Shown here one piece after another: positions 19,580 to 25,990 of a DNA stretch of 25,990 bases. The position numbers and the translations under genes are program-made. Source of the stretch: a virus (taxonomy: Duplodnaviria; Heunggongvirae; Uroviricota; Caudoviricetes); IMG/VR virus record IMGVR_UViG_648276652_000014, positions 1 to 25,990 of that record; one strand, given 5' to 3'. How positions within the stretch are numbered: the first letter of the stretch is position 1; every line of letters starts with the position of its first letter. Below the pieces are notes generated by a model. It had not been told where the DNA came from and did not search any database. It saw only the letters and a program-made list of their open reading frames with translations.

Positions 19580-19728
19580 CGGCTGAATACCTCACTGATC
19601 GCTTCTTTGACTGCGCCAGCTACTGGCGCATTAATCCTTTCGAATTGCTGAATATGCCGATCAGTGAAATTCCCTTACTGGTCAGTCAGGCAAACAGGAT
19701 AGAGCAGGAGAAACGCACACATGGCTGA
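19546..19728 (+). CDS. -1 frame extension of the tail assembly chaperone (long form made by programmed frameshift)
   Basis: ORF in the -1 frame relative to 19310-19579, overlapping its 3' end and ending at the tape measure start. The slippery site T_TTT_TTC at 19561-19567 is in the correct zero-frame register (GGT TTT TTC). Confidence 0.65.
   Translation: MACGWFFPPGLTAEYLTDRFFDCASYWRINPFELLNMPISEIPLLVSQANRIEQEKRTHG
19561..19567 (+). other. Slippery heptamer for -1 ribosomal frameshifting (T TTT TTC)
   Basis: X_XXY_YYZ pattern in the chaperone zero frame. A -1 slip gives ...FFPPGLTAEY..., continuing to 19728. Confidence 0.6.
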
Positions 19729-21556
19729 ATTTGAGCTTAAGGCGTTGATCACCGGTGTCGACAGGCTTTCTCCCGCGCTGTCGAAAATGCAAAAGAAAAT
19801 CCGGGGATTTAAACGCCAGGCGGAAGAAGCGTCACAGGGTGGGCTGGCGCTTGGTGGCGGACTGGCAGCGGGTCTGACGCTTTCCCTGAAATCTTATGCC
19901 GATCAGGAAAACGCCGCCACCGGGCTGAAAGTCGCCATGATGGATGCGAACGGCGAAGTTGGAAAGAGCTTTCAGGACATCAATAAACTGGCTATTGGCC
20001 TGGGTAACCAGCTACCTGGTACAACGGCTGATTTCCAGAACATGATGCAGATGCTGGTGCGTCAGGGGATCCCGGCAGAAAACATTCTGGGTGGTGTGGG
20101 TAAAGCGACAGCTTATCTTGCGGTACAACTGAAAAAAACACCGGAAGCGGCTGCTGAGTTTGCAGCAAAGATGCAGGATGCTACCGGAACGGCGTCAGAA
20201 GACATGATGGGGCTGTTCGACACTATCCAGAAGGCGTTTTATCTGGGCGTTGACGATACCAACATGTTGTCCTTCTTCACTAAAACCAGTTCTGTTCTGA
20301 AGATGGTGAACAAGGATGGTCTTCAGGCTGCACAGAGCCTTGCCCCCATCAGCGTCATGATGGATCAGATGGGGATGAACGGGGAGTCGGCAGGTAATGC
20401 CCTGCGAAAAGTTATCCAGTCCGGATTAAGCGTTAAGAAAATCAGGGACGTTAATAAAGTTATGGCCCGCCAGAAACTCGGGGTACAGCTCGATTTTACT
20501 GACGGCAAAGGAAGTTTTGGCGGTCTTGATAACATGTTCAGGCAACTGGCAAAGCTGCGAAAACTGACCGACGTTAAGCGAACAGGTGTACTTAAGGCAA
20601 TATTTGGTGATGATGCCGAAACCCTTCAGGTGGTCAATGCACTAATCGATAAAGGAAAGGATGGCTACGATCAGATCCAGCAGAAGATGAATAAACAGGC
20701 CAGCCTGAATAAACGTGTTCAGGCACAGCTTGGTACGCTGTCCAACCTGTGGGAGGCAATGACAGGGACCGCAACTAACGGCCTTGCGGCTATTGGCGGC
20801 GCATTTTCTGGTGACGCTAAAAATATCACACAATGGCTGGGGGAGTTGGGGGAGAAATTCACGAAGTTTGCGGATGAAAATCCCCGGGTTATTCGCGGCG
20901 TCGTCGGGCTTGCTGCCGGTCTTGCGATTCTGAAACTGGGATTGATGGGCGTGGGCAGTGCCATCAGTATTGTCAGCAGGATCATGTCGATGACGCCGAT
21001 TGGCATGATTGCGACGGCGATTGCTCTGGCTGCGGGATTAATTATCACTAACTGGGATGTTGTCGGACCTTATTTCAAGAAGCTCTGGGAAACCATTGGT
21101 CCTTATTTTGAGGCTGGCCGGGAACTTCTGAAGAAGGTTTTTGCCTGGTCGCCGCTGGGGATGGTGATCAATAACTGGGGACCGGTTGTTAAGTGGTTTC
21201 AGGATATGTGGGATAAGCTGAAGCCGATTATTGAATGGTTTACCGACAGTTCCTGTGACACGGTCGATACCATTAACTCGGCGCAGTGGGGCGCGGGTGC
21301 TTATGATGCTTATGGGACGGGAATACCGGCACGGGGATACACACCTTATCAGGCGGTAGATCCGGCTCAGTCAAACAACGCCTCCGATGCCACAGGCCCG
21401 AATCCCTTCATGATTAACAAAGCTTCTGCGCCAAAAGTTGATGGTGAGATCAAGGTCTCTTTTGTGAATTCGCCTCCGGGTATGCGGGTTATGGAAACGC
21501 GATCCAGCGGTTTTGATGTCAGCCATGATGTTGGCTATACGCGCTTTGGCAGGTAA
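19721..21556 (+). CDS. Tail tape measure protein
   Basis: 611 aa, helical and Gly/Ala-rich with hydrophobic segments near the C-terminal third, in the position after the chaperone pair. Confidence 0.88.
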   Translation: MAEFELKALITGVDRLSPALSKMQKKIRGFKRQAEEASQGGLALGGGLAAGLTLSLKSYADQENAATGLKVAMMDANGEVGKSFQDINKLAIGLGNQLPGTTADFQNMMQMLVRQGIPAENILGGVGKATAYLAVQLKKTPEAAAEFAAKMQDATGTASEDMMGLFDTIQKAFYLGVDDTNMLSFFTKTSSVLKMVNKDGLQAAQSLAPISVMMDQMGMNGESAGNALRKVIQSGLSVKKIRDVNKVMARQKLGVQLDFTDGKGSFGGLDNMFRQLAKLRKLTDVKRTGVLKAIFGDDAETLQVVNALIDKGKDGYDQIQQKMNKQASLNKRVQAQLGTLSNLWEAMTGTATNGLAAIGGAFSGDAKNITQWLGELGEKFTKFADENPRVIRGVVGLAAGLAILKLGLMGVGSAISIVSRIMSMTPIGMIATAIALAAGLIITNWDVVGPYFKKLWETIGPYFEAGRELLKKVFAWSPLGMVINNWGPVVKWFQDMWDKLKPIIEWFTDSSCDTVDTINSAQWGAGAYDAYGTGIPARGYTPYQAVDPAQSNNASDATGPNPFMINKASAPKVDGEIKVSFVNSPPGMRVMETRSSGFDVSHDVGYTRFGR

Positions 21557-21579
21557 TGAAAAATTAATCTGTTAATGAG

Positions 21580-21601
21580 TCCCACTCCGGTGGGATTTTT
21601 T
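21580..21601 (+). terminator. Rho-independent terminator between the tape measure and baseplate genes
   Basis: Stem TCCCAC (21580-21585), loop TCCG, stem GTGGGA (21590-21595), then TTTTTT (21596-21601). Confidence 0.55.
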
Positions 21602-21616
21602 ATGTACGGAGTTTAT

Positions 21617-22945
21617 ATGACGTGGAAAGACAGACTTCAGGATGCGTCATTTCGCGGTGTGCCGTTTAAGGTTGAAGAAGAAAGTGCGGGAACCGGTCGT
21701 CGTGTGGAAACGCACGAATACCCGAACCGCGACAAACCCTATACCGAAGACCTGGGGAAAATCACTTTCCGCCCGGCCATCACAGCTTATGTGGTGGGAG
21801 ATGACTGCTTTGACCAGCGCGATCGCCTGATTGACGCGCTGAATAAACCCGGTCCCGGCACGCTTGTCCATCCGACTTACGGTGAGCTGAAAGTCTGTGT
21901 TGATGGGGAAGTTCGGGTCAGCACATCGAAGAGTGAAGGGCGTATTGTCCGCTTTGACCTGAAGTTTGTCGAAGCGGGAGAACTCTCTTACCCCACTTCA
22001 GGTGCGGCGACGGCGCAGACGCTGATGTCATCCTGTTCTGCACTGGATGACTGCATCAGTGACAGCTTCAGTGGTTTCAGTATCGATGGCGTGGCAGATT
22101 TTGTGCAGAACGACGTCGTCGGTAATGCCAGCACAATGCTTGGGTATGTTTCTGATGCGATGAAAGTGGTGGATTCTGCCGTATCGGATGCCGCCAGACT
22201 GTTGCAGGGGGATATCTCGGTACTTCTGCCGCCGCCATCGTCAGGCAAAAATTTCGTTGAGCAGGTGCAGAAAATGTGGCGTACCGGGAAACGCCTTTAT
22301 GGTAACGCCAGCGACCTGGTCACCATGATCAAAACGCTTTCCGGTGTCAGCCTCGGCAGCGATCTGCAACCGCGCGGCGTCTGGAAAACGGACAGTAAAA
22401 CTACCGCCACGGCGACGCAGCAGCGTAACGTGGTTGCCAGCACCCTTCGTACGACCGCAATCAGCGAAGCGGCGTATGCCGTCACACGATTGCCTGCGCC
22501 CACAACTTCCGCGGTGATGCAGAATGCCACAGTAGGGCAGTCAACAACACCCGCGCAGAGCACCGGCTGGCCTTCTGTCACGCATCCGGCACTGAACAAT
22601 GCACCGGCGGTGAAAAACACGGTTGACCTGCCAACGTGGGAAGAACTGACCGACATTCGCGACACACTGAATACGGCAATTGATAAGGAGTTGTCCCGTA
22701 CAACCAGTGATGCGCTGTTTCTGGCGCTGCGCCGGGTGAAAGCAGATCTGAATGCGGATATCAACACGCGCCTTGAACAGTCTGCACGGATCATTCAGCG
22801 CACGCCGGATGAGGTTTTACCCGCGCTGGTGCTGGCGGCGACCTGGTTTGATAACGCTGCGCGTGACGCGGACATTATCCGGCGTAATGCCATTACGCAT
22901 CCCGGCTTTGTGCCGGTGATCCCTCTGAAGGTGCCAGTGCAATGA
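21617..22945 (+). CDS. DNA circularization protein (Mu gp43-like)
   Basis: WKDRLQDASFRGVPFKVEEE...GRRVETHEYPNRDKPYTEDLG matches the N-terminal domain signature of this family. Start at ATG 21617 with GGAG ribosome-binding site; the track ORF start at 21575 lies inside the terminator. Confidence 0.75.
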   Translation: MTWKDRLQDASFRGVPFKVEEESAGTGRRVETHEYPNRDKPYTEDLGKITFRPAITAYVVGDDCFDQRDRLIDALNKPGPGTLVHPTYGELKVCVDGEVRVSTSKSEGRIVRFDLKFVEAGELSYPTSGAATAQTLMSSCSALDDCISDSFSGFSIDGVADFVQNDVVGNASTMLGYVSDAMKVVDSAVSDAARLLQGDISVLLPPPSSGKNFVEQVQKMWRTGKRLYGNASDLVTMIKTLSGVSLGSDLQPRGVWKTDSKTTATATQQRNVVASTLRTTAISEAAYAVTRLPAPTTSAVMQNATVGQSTTPAQSTGWPSVTHPALNNAPAVKNTVDLPTWEELTDIRDTLNTAIDKELSRTTSDALFLALRRVKADLNADINTRLEQSARIIQRTPDEVLPALVLAATWFDNAARDADIIRRNAITHPGFVPVIPLKVPVQ

Positions 22946-24021
22946 ACGACAATGTCACGCTACGGGTAAATGGCCGGGAGTGGAATGGCTGGACATCGGT
23001 GCGCATCGGTGCCGGTATTGAACGGCTGGCGCGGGATTTCAGTGTGGAGATCACTCGCCAGTGGCCGGGAGATGAGGGTATCACCACGCTTCAGCCGCGC
23101 ATTAAAAACGGTTCAAAAGTGGAAGTGCTGATTGGTGATGAGCTGGTGATCACCGGCTGGGTGGAGGCGACTCCCGTTCGTTACGATGCCCGTTCGGTCA
23201 GCACCGGTATTGCCGGACGTAGTCTGACGGCTGACCTGATTGACTGTGCAGCCGAACCGACACAGTTTAACGGACGCTCGCTGGTGCAGATTGCGCAGGC
23301 GCTTGCTGCGCCTTTCGGCATTGAGGTGGTGAACAGCGGTGCGCCGTCGGGTGTTATTCCTGATGTTCAGCCTGATCACGGTGAAACGGTGATTGAGGTA
23401 ATCAACAAAATACTCGGTCAGCAGCAGGCGCTGGCTTACGACGACCCGCACGGCAGGCTGGTGATTGGCGGTATTGGCTCAACGCGGGCACATACCGCGC
23501 TGGTACTTGGGGAAAACATCCTTTCCTGTGATACGGAGAAGAGTATCCGGGAGCGGTTTTCTGTTTACCAGGTGGCGGGGCAGCGTGCCGGAAACGACGA
23601 TGATTTCGGTGAGGCCACCACCACCGCGCTGCGGGCCCGCACAGAGGACGCATTTATTGCCCGTTACCGTCCGATGTATATCAGGCAGACAGGGCAGGCT
23701 ACGGGGGCAGGCTGTATTGCGCGTGCTGACTTTGAAGCCCGACAACGGGCGGCGCGGACGGATGAAACCACCTATGTGGTGCAGGGCTGGCGACAGGGTA
23801 ACGGTACGCTGTGGCAGCCCAACCAGCGGGTGATTGTCTTCGATCCGGTCTGTGGTTTCGACAATACCGAACTGCTTGTCTCGGAAGTCACGTTTACTCA
23901 GGACCAGAATGGCACCCTGACGGAAATCCGTGTCGGCCCACCTGATGCTTATCTGCCTGAACCCGAAGCCCCCGGCGCGCGGAAAAAGAAAAAAGCCAGA
24001 GTACAGGAGGACCCGTTCTGA
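22942..24021 (+). CDS. Baseplate hub protein (Mu gpP / gp44-like)
   Basis: 359 aa in conserved order after the DNA circularization gene. Translationally coupled start. Confidence 0.78.
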   Translation: MNDNVTLRVNGREWNGWTSVRIGAGIERLARDFSVEITRQWPGDEGITTLQPRIKNGSKVEVLIGDELVITGWVEATPVRYDARSVSTGIAGRSLTADLIDCAAEPTQFNGRSLVQIAQALAAPFGIEVVNSGAPSGVIPDVQPDHGETVIEVINKILGQQQALAYDDPHGRLVIGGIGSTRAHTALVLGENILSCDTEKSIRERFSVYQVAGQRAGNDDDFGEATTTALRARTEDAFIARYRPMYIRQTGQATGAGCIARADFEARQRAARTDETTYVVQGWRQGNGTLWQPNQRVIVFDPVCGFDNTELLVSEVTFTQDQNGTLTEIRVGPPDAYLPEPEAPGARKKKKARVQEDPF

Positions 24022-24569
24022 TGAAGGCGATTGAAACCATACAGCGACAACTCCTCGGCCTGATTGGGCGGGCGGTGGTGAAAAGCATCAGTGCCGCCAC
24101 GAAATGTCAGACCGTGGATGTGTCCCTGATTGCCGGTGAACCCAAAGCCGGGGTTGAACATCTTGAACCCTACGGTTTTACCGCAAGGGCAAACAGCGGT
24201 GCGGAAGCGGTGGTGTTGTTTCCGGATGGTGACCGTTCTCATGCGGTGGTTGTTACGGTGTCGGACCGGCGCTACCGCCTGAAAGGGCTGCAGACGGGTG
24301 AGGTGGCTGTCTATGACGATCAGGGGCAGTCCGTGACGCTGACCCGGGAGGGGATCGTGGTGGACGGTGCAGGTAAAACGATCACGTTTCGCAATTCACC
24401 TAAAGCACGTTTTGAAATGGACCTGGAAGTGACCGGACAGGTGAAAGACCTGTGCGACTCCAGCGGCACCACCATGTCAGCGATGCGGCTTGCCTATAAC
24501 GGGCATCGTCACAGAGAGAACGGTCAGGGCAGTAACACCGACAAACCTGATAAATCGATGGAGGCATGA
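24021..24569 (+). CDS. Baseplate assembly protein V / spike (Mu gp45-like)
   Basis: 182 aa in conserved position. Stop overlaps the next start. Confidence 0.72.
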   Translation: MKAIETIQRQLLGLIGRAVVKSISAATKCQTVDVSLIAGEPKAGVEHLEPYGFTARANSGAEAVVLFPDGDRSHAVVVTVSDRRYRLKGLQTGEVAVYDDQGQSVTLTREGIVVDGAGKTITFRNSPKARFEMDLEVTGQVKDLCDSSGTTMSAMRLAYNGHRHRENGQGSNTDKPDKSMEA

Positions 24570-24994
24570 TGGAACTGTGGCTGACGGTGAACGGTAAACG
24601 CACCTGCGCCAGCGCACCGCTGGATCCGCTGACCCGCGCCGTGGTGATTTCCCTGTTTACCTGGCGGCGGGCGGAGCCTGATGACAACGCCGACGTCCCG
24701 ATGGGATGGTGGGGGGATACCTGGCCTGCGGTACAGAATGACCGTTACGGCTCCCGACTGTGGCTGCTTCAGCGCAGCAAACTGACCAATCAGCTGGTGC
24801 TGACGGTAAGGGGGTATATCCGCGAATGCCTGCAATGGATGATTGATGACGGCGTGGTGTCCCGTATTGATCTGGATATCCGCCGCACCGGGATTAATGA
24901 ACTGGGTAACAGTATCACTCTCTGGCGTCGTGACGGACCGGTAATGATTTCTTTTGATGATCTGTGGAGTGCGATAACGCATGGCGGACAGTGA
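24566..24994 (+). CDS. Baseplate wedge protein (Mu gp46 / GPW-like)
   Basis: 142 aa in conserved position. Ribosome-binding site GGAGG. Confidence 0.7.
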   Translation: MMELWLTVNGKRTCASAPLDPLTRAVVISLFTWRRAEPDDNADVPMGWWGDTWPAVQNDRYGSRLWLLQRSKLTNQLVLTVRGYIRECLQWMIDDGVVSRIDLDIRRTGINELGNSITLWRRDGPVMISFDDLWSAITHGGQ

Positions 24995-25730
24995 ATTTCA
25001 GCGCCCGACGCTGGCAGAAAATATCAGTATGCTCCGTAACGATTTATTCGCCAGGCTGGACGTCAGCGACACGCTCCGGCGCATGGATGAAGACGTGCGG
25101 GCAAAGGTGTATGCGGCGGCGCTGCATACGGTTTACGGTTACATCGATTATCTGGCAATGAACATGCTGCCTGACCTGTGCGATGAGTCCTGGCTGGCGC
25201 GACATGCTGCGATGAAACGGTGTCCGCGCAAGGGGGCCACGGCTGCCAGCGGGTATATGCGCTGGGAAGGTGTCAGCGATGGCCTGAAGGTGACTGCCGG
25301 GAGTGTTATTCAGCGCGATGACCTGGTTCAGTACACGGCAACTGCCGATGCAACCAGCTCCGGTGGTGTCCTGCGCGTGCCGATCGCCTGCTCAAGTGCA
25401 GGTGCGGTCGGTAACGCTGACGACGGTACGGCATTAATCCTGGTCACGCCGGTGAATGGTCTGCCGTCTTCCGGTGTGGCAGATACCCTGACTGGCGGAT
25501 TCGATACTGAAGATCTGGAAACGTGGCGCGCCCGCGTCATTGAGCGGTATTACTGGACGCCTCAGGGCGGGGCTGACGGGGACTATGTTGTCTGGGCTAA
25601 AGAAGTGCCCGGCATTACCCGCGCATGGACATACCGTCACTGGATGGGAACGGGGACTGTCGGTGTAATGATTGCCGGCAGTGACCTGATTAATCCCATT
25701 CCGGAAGAATCAACGGAAACGGCGGCAAGA
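24981..25730 (+). pseudogene. Baseplate J-like protein (Mu gp47-like), C-terminus removed by IS insertion
   Basis: The first ~250 aa read like a baseplate J protein. From 25731 the frame continues into IS terminal sequence (CQRQDYWPFF...), so the native C-terminus is missing. Confidence 0.75.

Positions 25731-25990
<260 letters not shown>

Noticed and set aside
21575-21616. Upstream start (ATG 21575) for the DNA circularization gene, as given in the ORF track
   Set aside because: This extension runs through the intrinsic terminator stem-loop. ATG 21617 has a proper GGAG ribosome-binding site and begins at the conserved N-terminus.
22297-22794. 165-aa ORF on the - strand inside the DNA circularization gene
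   Set aside because: Antisense shadow ORF; Ala/Val/Ser-rich low-complexity translation.

Overview
This window is an IS-bounded, probably defective, mosaic prophage of an enterobacterial type: lambdoid late regulation and lysis genes, an HK97-like head module and a Mu-like contractile tail module, with almost all genes on the + strand. Calls rest on reading the supplied translations for motifs and on gene order; no database search or composition statistic was run. Left edge (1-2120): a remnant of an IS21-family istA is cut at position 166 by a complete ~1954-bp IS21-family element (istA/istB on the - strand, resembling IS100). Prophage body (2121-25730): PerC-like regulator, LexA-DNA-binding-domain-only protein, RusA, KilA-N protein, DUF968-like protein, Q-like antiterminator candidate, an AT-rich moron, a holin region plus GH19 endolysin and Rz/Rz1 spanins, a second AT-rich moron, HNH endonuclease, small and large terminase, portal, prohead protease, major capsid, head-tail connectors, then sheath, tube, frameshifted chaperone, tape measure and baseplate genes. 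Right edge: the baseplate J gene is truncated at ~25730 by a second, different IS21-family element whose istB runs off the window. The best candidates for something undescribed are the two AT-rich moron ORFs: 5853-6638, which carries an R-N-x3-H (HEPN-like) motif, and 8727-9233, which has no recognisable motif. No tRNA, rRNA or CRISPR array was seen.
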